Source of the DNA: a virus
Strand: one strand, 5' to 3'
DNA: 34,698 nucleotides
Virus record (IMG/VR): IMGVR_UViG_3300019854_000008
Span: 1-34,698 of that record
Part shown: piece after piece, positions 23,820 to 32,567 of the stretch
Layout of the letters: the number at the start of each line of letters is the position of its first letter
How positions within the stretch are numbered: position 1 is the stretch's first letter
Program-made: the position numbers and the translations under genes
Notes under the pieces: generated by a model
The model's input: only the letters and a program-made list of their open reading frames with translations
Told to the model about the DNA's origin: nothing
Database searches by the model: none

Positions 23820-23832
23820 AAGGAACCACACG

Positions 23833-24000
23833 ATGCGTCACGCAGCCCCCCACGCCAACCTTGACCGGAAGCTCAACCGGGCAGGCGGGCTCGTCTTCGC
23901 CGGCATCGCCTACGCCGTCGCCGGCCTCGCCACCTGCCTCATCACCCTCGGCTCCGCCTTCGCCATCTGGGGCCTCTGGCAGTGGCTGGGGGTGAACTGA
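23833..24000 (+). CDS. Small membrane protein (55 aa)
   Basis: ORF 23749..24000, trimmed to ATG 23833 (GAAAGGAACCAC SD). The hydrophobic segment is GGLVFAGIAYAVAGLATCLITLGSAFAIWGLWQWL. Confidence 0.6.
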   Translation: MRHAAPHANLDRKLNRAGGLVFAGIAYAVAGLATCLITLGSAFAIWGLWQWLGVN

Positions 24001-24258
24001 ATGACCCCCGCCGGAGTCGTCTCAGAAGCCCTCGCCATCATCGACGCGTGCGGCCTCGACCGGACCAAACTGAAAGTAGCGACCGGCCCCCGCGAAGCCG
24101 TCGTCCGCAGAGGCCGCCGCCCGTCAGGGATCCGAGTGACCCTCGCGAGGCATGGCGTCACCTGGTACGTGACCGGCGGTGGCGTCCACTGGAAAGGGAC
24201 CAGCCGGCACGCCGCCGCCACACAGATCGCCCACATCCTCGAGACCGGGTGGCGGTGA
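24001..24258 (+). CDS. Hypothetical protein (85 aa), last gene of the rightward arm
   Basis: The ATG directly abuts the upstream TGA. Third-position GC stays high (about 38 of the last 45 codons) through the region that overlaps the convergent minus-strand ORF. Confidence 0.6.
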   Translation: MTPAGVVSEALAIIDACGLDRTKLKVATGPREAVVRRGRRPSGIRVTLARHGVTWYVTGGGVHWKGTSRHAAATQIAHILETGWR

Positions 24259-24636
24259 TGGCGGCGCCGGTGGCTGCGACTCCGGGGCGATCATCTGGAT
24301 CAACGAAATCCCCCAGCGGATCAACGCCGCCGCGTACTCCTCCAACCTGAACATCTGCACCCTGAGGCGGTGCGCCTCCTCCTCTGCGAGGTCGCGCGCC
24401 GCCTCGGCCTTATCCCGCGCCTCCTCCAGCGTCGCCACCCTGGAAGTCAGCGACTTCGTGCACGCCTCCAGCGCCGCGACCCTCCGGTCTGACGTCCGGT
24501 CCGCACGGGCGAATAGCCAACCTATCCACGACGCCACGGCAGTGAACGCGGCGCCGACCAGTTCTGCGGGGAGAGGAGGGAAGTCGAGCTCGTGCATGAC
24601 CCCAGTATGCGCGGCCAGCGGCGCGACGACACTCAC
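24124..24636 (-). CDS. Membrane-anchored coiled-coil protein (holin/spanin-like position); start at GTG 24636 or ATG 24597
   Basis: ORF 24124..24720. GTG 24636 forms a GTGA overlap with the glycosidase stop, and ATG 24597 is the alternative start. The TM segment is LVGAAFTAVASWIGWLFA. It is followed by a coiled coil (RVAALEACTKSLTSRVATLEEARDKAEAARDLAEEEAHRLRVQM) and a Pro-rich tail. Confidence 0.6.
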   Translation of the reverse strand: MSVVAPLAAHTGVMHELDFPPLPAELVGAAFTAVASWIGWLFARADRTSDRRVAALEACTKSLTSRVATLEEARDKAEAARDLAEEEAHRLRVQMFRLEEYAAALIRWGISLIQMIAPESQPPAPPSPPPGLEDVGDLCGGGVPAGPFPVDATAGHVPGDAMPREGHSDP

Positions 24637-25931
24637 GCCAGCGGGGCGTACATCATCGGCATGACCCGCTTCCCCCCGCCTCCCGCGGGAATGTTCGAGA
24701 TCACAGTCTTGTTCGGCCACACCTCAACGGTCGCCCCGTCCGACGTGCCATCCGTCTTCAGGAGCGGATAGCAGGTCCTCTGCGGTTTTGCGTCGCCCAG
24801 CACCGCGGGCGGGATTGTCGCGACACGCTTCTGCCCGACATTCGGCAGAGTCACCGTACCCCATTCGGACCTGGGCCCCACACACAGGGCGTGCCCATAC
24901 AAGGATGCGATGAAGGTGTCGCTAGGTGTCATGTCGCCAGGGAACGTCGTCCACTCCGGCGCGGGCGCCGCGCCGCCGGTCGAGGCGGGGCGGCGGGCGC
25001 CTACCGCGTCCACCACCTGCAGCCATGCCGCCGCGGACTTCGGACCCGTGTCGGGGCGCACGTCGAAGTCGCCGTACTGGCCGATGTTCCACAGGCCGAC
25101 GCCATTCAGGCCGGACAGGGACGCGACGTCAGCGAACGCGGACAGCTTCGCGGCTTTCGCGTCGTCCGTCCCGTCGTTGAAGCCGACCTCCTCCAGAATG
25201 AACGGCTTCCCCGCCTGGGTGGCGATTCTCGCCAGGTTCCGGAACGCGTCACCGGAGGGATTGTCGTAGCCGTGTGCGGTGAACACGTCCACCTCGGGCA
25301 TGCGCGCCACCTGGTCGAACAGGTCGCCGTGTGCGTCACGGCCTTGCCCGTCGGAGCCGAGGTGAATGAAGCCGCCGGCAGCGATCGGACCGTCGTAGCC
25401 GAGGCGGCGCACCGCCTCCACCTGCTGCAGCAGTGACCACACGTACTGGTCTGCCGAGCCGGCCTGCTGGACCGGGTTGTTGTCGCCCCACAGCACCATC
25501 GGCTCCCCAGCCAGGGCGACACAGTCGAGCGTCGGGTAGTCCTGATAGGAGACGTTCGAGTCGGGGAAGTCTCGCCACAGCACCTCACGGAAGTACGGCA
25601 GCCACTCCTGCCATGTCTTGTAGTACGGATTCACCTTCTCCTTGATGAAGAGGTTCCGCACGTAGGACAGGTCCAGCCAGAACCTGATGTTAGCGTCGCG
25701 AGCCCATCGCACCTTTGCGTCCAGTTCGCCGAGCTTGTCGCCGCCGTTGTTCAGCGCCTGTGCGGTGCCGTCGCCGAACAGGTCCGTGATCCGCATGTGG
25801 GTGACGCCGAGCTGCCTGGCTCGCTGCGCCCACAGCTTCCCGTCCGGTGCGCCGTTCGCTGACGCGATCACACAACCCCGCAACGCCTCCGAGCGCCGCT
25901 TCCTTTCCTCCGTGGGCCCCATAGTGGCCAT
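24633..25931 (-). CDS. Clan GH-A (GH5-like) TIM-barrel glycoside hydrolase with C-terminal beta-rich domain
   Basis: ORF 24633..25961, trimmed to ATG 25931 (AAGAGGTG SD). The GH-A landmarks are acid/base-like VALAGEPM, H-x-Y in FTAHGYDNP, nucleophile-like PFILEEVGF, and GVGLWNIG. About 110 further residues follow the barrel. Confidence 0.65.
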   Translation of the reverse strand: MATMGPTEERKRRSEALRGCVIASANGAPDGKLWAQRARQLGVTHMRITDLFGDGTAQALNNGGDKLGELDAKVRWARDANIRFWLDLSYVRNLFIKEKVNPYYKTWQEWLPYFREVLWRDFPDSNVSYQDYPTLDCVALAGEPMVLWGDNNPVQQAGSADQYVWSLLQQVEAVRRLGYDGPIAAGGFIHLGSDGQGRDAHGDLFDQVARMPEVDVFTAHGYDNPSGDAFRNLARIATQAGKPFILEEVGFNDGTDDAKAAKLSAFADVASLSGLNGVGLWNIGQYGDFDVRPDTGPKSAAAWLQVVDAVGARRPASTGGAAPAPEWTTFPGDMTPSDTFIASLYGHALCVGPRSEWGTVTLPNVGQKRVATIPPAVLGDAKPQRTCYPLLKTDGTSDGATVEVWPNKTVISNIPAGGGGKRVMPMMYAPLA

Positions 25932-25960
25932 ACAAGACACCTCTTTGTCGGGTAGTAGCA

Positions 25961-25996
25961 ACCTGCCGCACCCATGATCTCACGGGCACGGCAGGT
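25961..25996 (-). terminator. Hairpin between the last minor tail gene and the glycosidase gene
   Basis: An 8-bp stem, acctgccg (25961-68) / cggcaggt (25989-96), with a 20-nt loop. Confidence 0.35.
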
Positions 25997-26007
25997 AACG
26001 GACGGTG

Positions 26008-26697
26008 TCAGCGGGCAGCGCCGAGACTGATCACCCGGAACCTAGTGCCCGGGTAGACGCCACCGTCGTAGTGCCAGAACGGGTCCGTGCCGTACGACCC
26101 GCACGTCGAGTACGCAGCCGTATGCGTGCCGGCGGGCACCTCCTGCTTCCACGACAGGTGGTGGGTCATGAACGTTCTGTTGTACTGGATCTCCGTCTGC
26201 CAGAGGCCGGCGTTGTCCAGGATGAAACCGAAGTAGTAGGAGCCGTTAGCCTTGTCCTTGTCAGCCTCGGACGCGAAGTCACTGTGCACGATGCTGACAC
26301 ACACGTCCAGGCTGAATTCGAGGAGGCTGCGGATCGGCAGGTTGAAGCCGGTCTCAGCCCACCGGCGTGTCGTGTGGTCGGACGTCGGCCTGCCGCGACC
26401 GTTCGTCGCGTCGGTCTTGTCGACCAGCACATCACAGAAACCAGCCACCGGCTGCAGCACGTACTGGTTTCCAGACCTGGTCCCGTCCGCCGAATACAGG
26501 ACGCCAGCGATCAGGAACATAGCCGGGTGAGCGGTCGACACGACGCCGGCCGGCGCCTGCGACAGGCGGGCCTGCGCCTCCGCCTGCGACGCGCACCGGA
26601 TGAACGTGCCAACCGAGTCCGCGTAGTCACCCCACGCCGACAGGATCGGATCGGACGCGGTCGGGACCTTCGCCCCATCCCAACGGGTAGTACTCAT
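26008..26697 (-). CDS. Minor tail protein (229 aa)
   Basis: It follows the fibre gene after a 13-nt gap that contains an SD. The composition is beta-rich, and I recognise no enzymatic motif. Confidence 0.6.
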   Translation of the reverse strand: MSTTRWDGAKVPTASDPILSAWGDYADSVGTFIRCASQAEAQARLSQAPAGVVSTAHPAMFLIAGVLYSADGTRSGNQYVLQPVAGFCDVLVDKTDATNGRGRPTSDHTTRRWAETGFNLPIRSLLEFSLDVCVSIVHSDFASEADKDKANGSYYFGFILDNAGLWQTEIQYNRTFMTHHLSWKQEVPAGTHTAAYSTCGSYGTDPFWHYDGGVYPGTRFRVISLGAAR

Positions 26698-26710
26698 GGT
26701 CTCATCCTAC

Positions 26711-29700
26711 TCAGTTCGTGACGTACATGGCCGACAGGCGCATGTTGTTGACCTCAAGCCACCCGTCGTCGCCGGCCTCGTTGTGGTTCAGGAAATTAAA
26801 GTGCCAGTACAGGCGCACGTTGGTGCGCAGCTGCATGAGCCCTGAGGCGCAGATTTTCACTCCGTTTATGCCTGGCGCCAGGGTGGCGGTGCTTCCAACC
26901 CCCAGGTCCCAGTTGCCCGCGGGATTCAGCTCCACCTTCAGCGTCGCCCATAGTGACGGGTACGCGTTCCGCACTGTTACCTGGATAGCGACCCAGTACA
27001 GGCCGCTCCACCGCGCCTTCGGCACATTATTCTTAATGAGGCTGAAGTCCTGCATGTCATACTCGAACCAGTCGGTCGGGTTGTCGTGCCTGTACGGCTC
27101 CCACTCGGGGAACCTTCGCTGCAAGACCCGCTGCTGGTTCGTTGTCCCAATGAAATGCGGTGGCATGACCAGCGACTTCAACGGACGCTGATACTCAAGC
27201 TCGTTCGTGGCGCCCGCGTACATCTGCCCACCAGTGAAACGGAACCATTCGTTCGTCCCGGCGTCGTTGGGGTACGAATTCCTGAAGAACAGCGAGTTAC
27301 CCTTCAATCGGATCGCCGTACTGTCGTACTGTGTCCGGTAGTACAGGGTCATGTTCTTCCACGTGAAGTTCGTCGGCGTGTAGAGGGGGAAGATGCGCAC
27401 GTAGTAGCGCCGCACCCCAGCGTCACCTTTCTTCCAGTTTGCGATACTGAGCGTCTCCGAGCCGTCTAGGGACCGGTTTCGCGACAGCTCTATGCCGTCG
27501 CGGATCATAACGATCTCGCACTCCGTGGTGGCGTCGGGATCCCCGCACCAGAAATCAACCGTCGGGTCGAACACGTCCCCCGCAGGCAGCTCAAAGTACG
27601 TCTCCCAGCAGGCGTTGTACGAGAAGTCGAGGCGCGACGTGTACGTGCCCTTCAACTCCGACTCTGTTGCACTCGTGATAGTGCAGACGCCGTCGGCGTC
27701 CGAGCCGCCGTACCGGTTCACCCATGCGCGAGTCATCGGGATCTTCTGCTGGATCCAAGTCCCCGCATCCGCGTCAACCGACTTGAAGGGCAAGCCCTGC
27801 TTGTTCAACGCCTCGGCCGACCTGGAGTACGCGTAAATAGACGAGCCGACAATCTTGGACCCGAAAATATCGTTGCCCTTCAGGTTACCGACCACCGCGT
27901 CACCCGTAATGGTCGCCTTGCCCGCGGTCAGCATGTCCGTGGTCACAGAGGCGAACGCCGCCAGCTTCGCCCACAGTTCTTTGGACGCGTAGATCGCGTC
28001 AGACGTCACCGATCCGGGCGCCAGCTTAGTGGCGCCCACAACCTCCGTCAGCGACACGAAGGCGACCTCGGCGCGGCAGCCCGCCGTCGCTGACAACTGG
28101 AACATGGTCGACGTGGTGCCAACATCTGGCGACCATGACCACTCCTCGGTCCGCCAGCCGTAGTCGTTGGCCTTGTACACGGGCCGGCAGATTTCCTTCG
28201 CCGCCGCCGTTGCGACCAGCGTGCCCGCGTTGCCGGAGTTGTACCGGTACGTCATCCGCACAACCCAACGCTTCCCCGCCGGAAACGTAATCTTCTGCGT
28301 CGCCTGCGCCCACGTCTTCGCGCCGGCGGGGTTCACGAACCGCACCCCAGTCACTAGGGCGCCAGGCGCCCCGGACACGGTGGCCGCCAACGTGACCGCC
28401 TTTGTGTCCGACACCGTCCACACAGACGACGGCGAAGACGCGAACAGCGGCTCTCGCACCATGTTCTCCGGGTCCACCGACACGGAATGCGCGGCCACCG
28501 CCCCGAGGAACGCACTGTCAGACGTGATCACGTCGATCACGGCTTGCGGCATCTTCGCCCCGCCAGTCACCATCAACTTCGACACCGACAGGCCGCCGAT
28601 CTTCGCGTCAGTGATAGACGCATCAGCGATCTGCGCGGAACCAATAGCAGCGTCCCCGATCTGTGCGGCGCCAATAGCCTTGTCTCCAATGAAGTTCGTG
28701 CCGGCCTGCGACAGGCGCCACACGGTGCCATTCCACACGAACGCCTGCCCGAGCTTCCCGTCGGCGCCCTGCACCCACCACAACGAGCCGGCTGTCTTGC
28801 CCTGCCCGTCGGCCGGCAGCGGGGTGCGAGCAGCAATCGTGACCTTCCCATCCAGGGAAGACATCTTCGCGGAAGCCTGATCGGCGGCATTGCGGGCACC
28901 CAGCGCGTCAGCCGCAGCCTTGTCGGCCTTCTCCGCAGCACCTTGCGCAGCGGCGGCCGCACCGTCGGCCTTCTGCTTCGCGGCGAGAATGTCAGCCGCG
29001 GAGGCGTCCTGCTTCGCCTTCAACGCCGAGTAGTCGGCCTGCGCTTTCTGCGCGTCGGCCTGCGCGGCCTTCGCCGCGGCCTGCGCCCCGTCAGCGGTAG
29101 CTTTCACCGCGGCAGCGTTCGCGTCAGCCTTCTTCGCAGCCGTATCAGCGTCAGCGGCCTTCTGCGTCGCCGTCGCGGCAGCGGTCGCAGCGTCCTGCGC
29201 TTTCGTGTTCGCCTGCCCGGCGAGCGTCTGCGCGGCCTGTGCCAGCGACTTCGCTTCCTCCGCCAGGGCCACGGCCTTCGCATTGTCGCCGGAGTTCTTG
29301 ATCGCGTCCTCGGCGCGCTTCGCCGTCTCCGCCGCCTGCTGGGCGGTAGTCTTCGCGGCGTCCGCAACACTCGCGGCGTCCTTCGCGGCCTTGTCCGCGG
29401 CGGTGATCCGACCATCCAAGCCCTTCACGGAATCCTGCACGGTGCCAACTGACGCGGCTGCGGCCTCGGCCTTCGCCCTCGCGGTCTGCGCGTCCCGGGC
29501 AGCAGCAGCAGCGTCCTTCGCTGCGTTGTCCGCCCTGGTCTTCACCTCCGCGGCAGCCTTCTTCGCGTCCACGGCATCGTTCATCGCGTCAGCGATTTCC
29601 TTGCCGGCAGGGCCGAGCCGCTCGATCTGTGTGCGCTCGTCACCAGGCTCGTCCTGCCCGTCCGTGATCGACAGGAGCGTCCCGTCCGGGTGCAGGCGGA

Positions 29701-29926
29701 CGGTCACCATCGCGCCCTGCCACGTGTACAAGCCGGGCGTCTCCCCAGCCACGTACGTTTCGGGCTTGTCGTATGGCATACCGACGCGGACCCACCCGGC
29801 CGGCAGGGTCGGGTCGGTCTTCGCCGTGTCAACGACCCTGCCCTTCACCCAGCGGATCGTCGTGTCGCGACGCTGGGACGCCTGGCTGCCCTCGCGGAGC
29901 GCCAGGTACAGGCTGCTATCACTCAT
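26711..29926 (-). CDS. Tail fibre / receptor-binding minor tail protein (1071 aa)
   Basis: The N-terminal anchor is followed by a ~270-aa Ala/Lys/Asp-rich coiled coil (AAKDAAAAARDAQTARAKAEAAAAS...). Next come the IGDKAIGAAQIGDAAIGSAQIADASITDAKIGG repeats typical of actinophage fibres. A ~550-aa globular C-terminal part ends the protein. Confidence 0.8.
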   Translation of the reverse strand: MSDSSLYLALREGSQASQRRDTTIRWVKGRVVDTAKTDPTLPAGWVRVGMPYDKPETYVAGETPGLYTWQGAMVTVRLHPDGTLLSITDGQDEPGDERTQIERLGPAGKEIADAMNDAVDAKKAAAEVKTRADNAAKDAAAAARDAQTARAKAEAAAASVGTVQDSVKGLDGRITAADKAAKDAASVADAAKTTAQQAAETAKRAEDAIKNSGDNAKAVALAEEAKSLAQAAQTLAGQANTKAQDAATAAATATQKAADADTAAKKADANAAAVKATADGAQAAAKAAQADAQKAQADYSALKAKQDASAADILAAKQKADGAAAAAQGAAEKADKAAADALGARNAADQASAKMSSLDGKVTIAARTPLPADGQGKTAGSLWWVQGADGKLGQAFVWNGTVWRLSQAGTNFIGDKAIGAAQIGDAAIGSAQIADASITDAKIGGLSVSKLMVTGGAKMPQAVIDVITSDSAFLGAVAAHSVSVDPENMVREPLFASSPSSVWTVSDTKAVTLAATVSGAPGALVTGVRFVNPAGAKTWAQATQKITFPAGKRWVVRMTYRYNSGNAGTLVATAAAKEICRPVYKANDYGWRTEEWSWSPDVGTTSTMFQLSATAGCRAEVAFVSLTEVVGATKLAPGSVTSDAIYASKELWAKLAAFASVTTDMLTAGKATITGDAVVGNLKGNDIFGSKIVGSSIYAYSRSAEALNKQGLPFKSVDADAGTWIQQKIPMTRAWVNRYGGSDADGVCTITSATESELKGTYTSRLDFSYNACWETYFELPAGDVFDPTVDFWCGDPDATTECEIVMIRDGIELSRNRSLDGSETLSIANWKKGDAGVRRYYVRIFPLYTPTNFTWKNMTLYYRTQYDSTAIRLKGNSLFFRNSYPNDAGTNEWFRFTGGQMYAGATNELEYQRPLKSLVMPPHFIGTTNQQRVLQRRFPEWEPYRHDNPTDWFEYDMQDFSLIKNNVPKARWSGLYWVAIQVTVRNAYPSLWATLKVELNPAGNWDLGVGSTATLAPGINGVKICASGLMQLRTNVRLYWHFNFLNHNEAGDDGWLEVNNMRLSAMYVTN

Positions 29927-29939
29927 GCGGTCTCCTCCC

Positions 29940-31283
29940 TCACAGGTGGCGGCGAGCCTCCCGTCCGATCACCGTCATCGTGCGAGACACGTCAGACAGT
30001 GAGCACGAGTAGCTCGTGACAATGATAGCAATCCACTCGCCTTCCTTGATCTCGAAGGCGAGGAGGTCGCCGATCTCGACGCGAGGGTCGAACGCCATCT
30101 CAACCTTCCACGAGGGAAGCCGGTCCCGAGCGTGGAAAGCGTCGGCGTTCGCCTGCTCCACCATCTTCGACCAGGACTTATCCGACGACAGGTCAGTAAC
30201 CTTCGTCACTCGCCCGTAGTGTTTCGGGTCGTAGGGGGCGCCGTAGTACTGCATGCCGATATGGAAGTCGTACGTGTAGTTCGACTTCCACCCGGTCGTC
30301 TTCCCCTTGTCGTCAACCTCACGCTCCCAGCCCGGCCAGAGGTTATGCCTCCACTGCCAGGCGGTGTTCTTCGCGTTCTGGTACAGCTCGTCTTTCTGTC
30401 CCCACGCCGACGTTGTGGGCTTGCTCTCCCACAGCAGGTTCAGCGCCTCGTCAACCTCAGTGTCATGGTCGGACCGTTTGATCGCGTCGGCCCATGACTT
30501 ATTCCCAGACAGGGAGTACGACTTCGTGCCGTCGCCCTTCGCATTGATCTCGATCATGTTCGGCAGCCGGCCCGACGGGTCCTCCGTCCGCTGGGCATCC
30601 ACGAGCAGCCCAGACGACAGCGGGTACGTCTCGTCGGGCGTCTGCCAGTCAGACCTGCGCGCGTACGCCTCGATCTTCCCGCCGTACCCCATGCGCACGT
30701 CAGCGCCACACGAGTCCGCCAACATGATCACCGACGCCAGCCGGTTCGGCGGCATCTGAAGCGACGCCATCGGAGCCGCGTTCCGGACCTTCGGATCCAC
30801 CCAAATGTACGTGTGCTCCGGCACCGGGTTCAGCCGGCGCATCTCCGACAGCAGCGTCCCGCCCAGCCACGGAGAGTGCGGGAACGGCAACGGGTTCTCC
30901 TCCAGATCGAGCAGCATATCCTTCGCGGAAACGGTCGCCTCCTCCGGGTTCGCCGGCGACTCCGTGATCCGGAAATGCCCGAACGGCACGTCCCAGCCCT
31001 CACCCTCGCGGGGACGGATCTCCAAGACAGGGCACAGCTCCTGCCCGTAGTTCGCCAACGGGTCCGTCGGGTCCTTCGCCGCCAACTGCCTGGGGGCGTT
31101 CAGCGTAAGCCTGGCCGGCGCAGACGGGTTCGAGTCGGCCTTCGTGCCGAGCTTCCCCCAGTCCAGCTGCACGTTGTAGACGGGCAGGTCCCGCCACTTG
31201 ATCTCCCCGCCGTAGCGGACGTCTACGCGGACGCGCCACCGGGCAGGCTGGGCCATGTCGAACAAGCTGGGGCCGGGCCTCAT
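29940..31283 (-). CDS. Minor tail protein (Tal/hub-like position)
   Basis: ORF 29940..31310, trimmed to ATG 31283 (ATGA overlap with the upstream stop). It is the second gene after the tape measure. Confidence 0.65.
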   Translation of the reverse strand: MRPGPSLFDMAQPARWRVRVDVRYGGEIKWRDLPVYNVQLDWGKLGTKADSNPSAPARLTLNAPRQLAAKDPTDPLANYGQELCPVLEIRPREGEGWDVPFGHFRITESPANPEEATVSAKDMLLDLEENPLPFPHSPWLGGTLLSEMRRLNPVPEHTYIWVDPKVRNAAPMASLQMPPNRLASVIMLADSCGADVRMGYGGKIEAYARRSDWQTPDETYPLSSGLLVDAQRTEDPSGRLPNMIEINAKGDGTKSYSLSGNKSWADAIKRSDHDTEVDEALNLLWESKPTTSAWGQKDELYQNAKNTAWQWRHNLWPGWEREVDDKGKTTGWKSNYTYDFHIGMQYYGAPYDPKHYGRVTKVTDLSSDKSWSKMVEQANADAFHARDRLPSWKVEMAFDPRVEIGDLLAFEIKEGEWIAIIVTSYSCSLSDVSRTMTVIGREARRHL

Positions 31284-32563
31284 GACGGCATCCCTGCCAC
31301 AAACCGGCATACGTCGTTGTACGTGCGCGACATGATGTCCGGGATGTCCGACAAAGACAGGTCCGCGACACCGACCTCGGCGAACTCGACCGTGGGAAGC
31401 GGGTTCCCGTCAAGCAGTATGCACGGGGCGATCCAGTCTGCACCATCCTGGATCGTGGTTGTTGCTTTCATAAGCACCCACCTGTTAGCGTCCGGCTTGC
31501 CGCGCTCCTGCCGGTCGGGGTGGTCGAACGACCGCTTCGTAGAGTTCGGGCCGCTACCGTTCGACAACCACAGTCCGACACTGACGTTTGACAGGTCCGG
31601 GTCGTTGCCGATGCGCCGCACGTACGCGGACACCTCCACAGTGTGGCCGACCGGCACCTGCCGGAACGAGGACGTGCCGGCTGTCGGCGTGACCGTTCGT
31701 ACGCCACCGCCGCGGGTCGGCCTTCCGTGTGGCGACCAGTTCTCTGAGATGTCGCCACCGAGCAGCTTGTCGTCCTCGGGGTGCGTTGTCCCGCCCCACA
31801 GGTACGTGACGTTCCGCTTCACGTCGCCAGCAGCGAGCTTCGCCTCCCAATCCAACCACTCACCCCACGTGACGCACGGCGCCCAAGAACCCATCCGGGT
31901 GCCGTACATGCCGAGCCACTGCTCGGTGTGACGAACCATCTCCGCCGGACGCTCCGTCACAGACAGCTCCCACTGGACGGTGCCCGCGATACGCGACTCA
32001 GTCTGCTGCGCGGTCGCTTTCTGCACGGCAACCACACGGATCGGCCTGACCGTGCAGGACGGGATCGTGCACGCGTCACCGTCATGCGCGACGATCAGGT
32101 AGCCGGGGCGCTGCGTCAAGGCGCGGAGCGTCTCGTAGTCCTTCTTGCCTTTCGTCCTGTACGTGATCGTGTACGACAGCGGCTCCGCGGACTGGCCCCA
32201 CCGGTCGAGCGTGCCCGCCGACGTGGACAGGGTCGTCAGACCGGCGGAGAAAGTCTCCTCGTTCGCCTCGACGATGTGTCCTTTGACTGCGACATGGCCG
32301 GTCTCGTCAGAGATGATGTCCGCCCCGATAGAAGTGCGAGTCGCCGTCGTGTCGGCCGCGCCGACCTGCGTGTACGTGGTCTCCTCGCCGATCGGCGCCA
32401 GCGGATCACTGATGCATTCCGAGTCAGTCGGATGCCAGATCAGCACCCGGTTGTTGTCAGACTTCACGTACACAGGGATCGCCGCGGCGCCCTCGGGGGA
32501 CGGGTTCGGCTGCAGTGACAGCATCCCCGTGTGCTGCGCCGTGAAAGCTTCCATTGTTGCCAT
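31280..32563 (-). CDS. Minor tail protein (distal tail protein position, extended C-terminus)
   Basis: 427 aa. It starts 4 nt after the tape measure stop and is the first gene after the TMP. Confidence 0.65.
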   Translation of the reverse strand: MATMEAFTAQHTGMLSLQPNPSPEGAAAIPVYVKSDNNRVLIWHPTDSECISDPLAPIGEETTYTQVGAADTTATRTSIGADIISDETGHVAVKGHIVEANEETFSAGLTTLSTSAGTLDRWGQSAEPLSYTITYRTKGKKDYETLRALTQRPGYLIVAHDGDACTIPSCTVRPIRVVAVQKATAQQTESRIAGTVQWELSVTERPAEMVRHTEQWLGMYGTRMGSWAPCVTWGEWLDWEAKLAAGDVKRNVTYLWGGTTHPEDDKLLGGDISENWSPHGRPTRGGGVRTVTPTAGTSSFRQVPVGHTVEVSAYVRRIGNDPDLSNVSVGLWLSNGSGPNSTKRSFDHPDRQERGKPDANRWVLMKATTTIQDGADWIAPCILLDGNPLPTVEFAEVGVADLSLSDIPDIMSRTYNDVCRFVAGMPS

Positions 32564-32567
32564 GCGG

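Noticed and set aside
16875-23832. Recurrent motif GAAAGGAAC(A/C) before many starts (16889, 17653, 18220, 18800, 19851, 21242, 23331, 23595 and 23833; also the minus-arm genes at 15329, 5703 and 3088). I considered it as a possible novel regulatory box.
   Set aside because: It always sits 5-9 nt upstream of a start codon. It is complementary to the canonical 16S rRNA 3' end (...CCUCCUUUCU). It is therefore an extended Shine-Dalgarno sequence, not a separate element.
24597-24720. Upstream start at 24720 for the 198-aa minus ORF (MAEQDCDLEHSRGRRGEAGH...).
   Set aside because: That extension overlaps the 3' end of the glycosidase gene by 88 nt, has no SD, and is Arg/Gly-rich. GTG 24636 (GTGA coupling) or ATG 24597 are more plausible starts.
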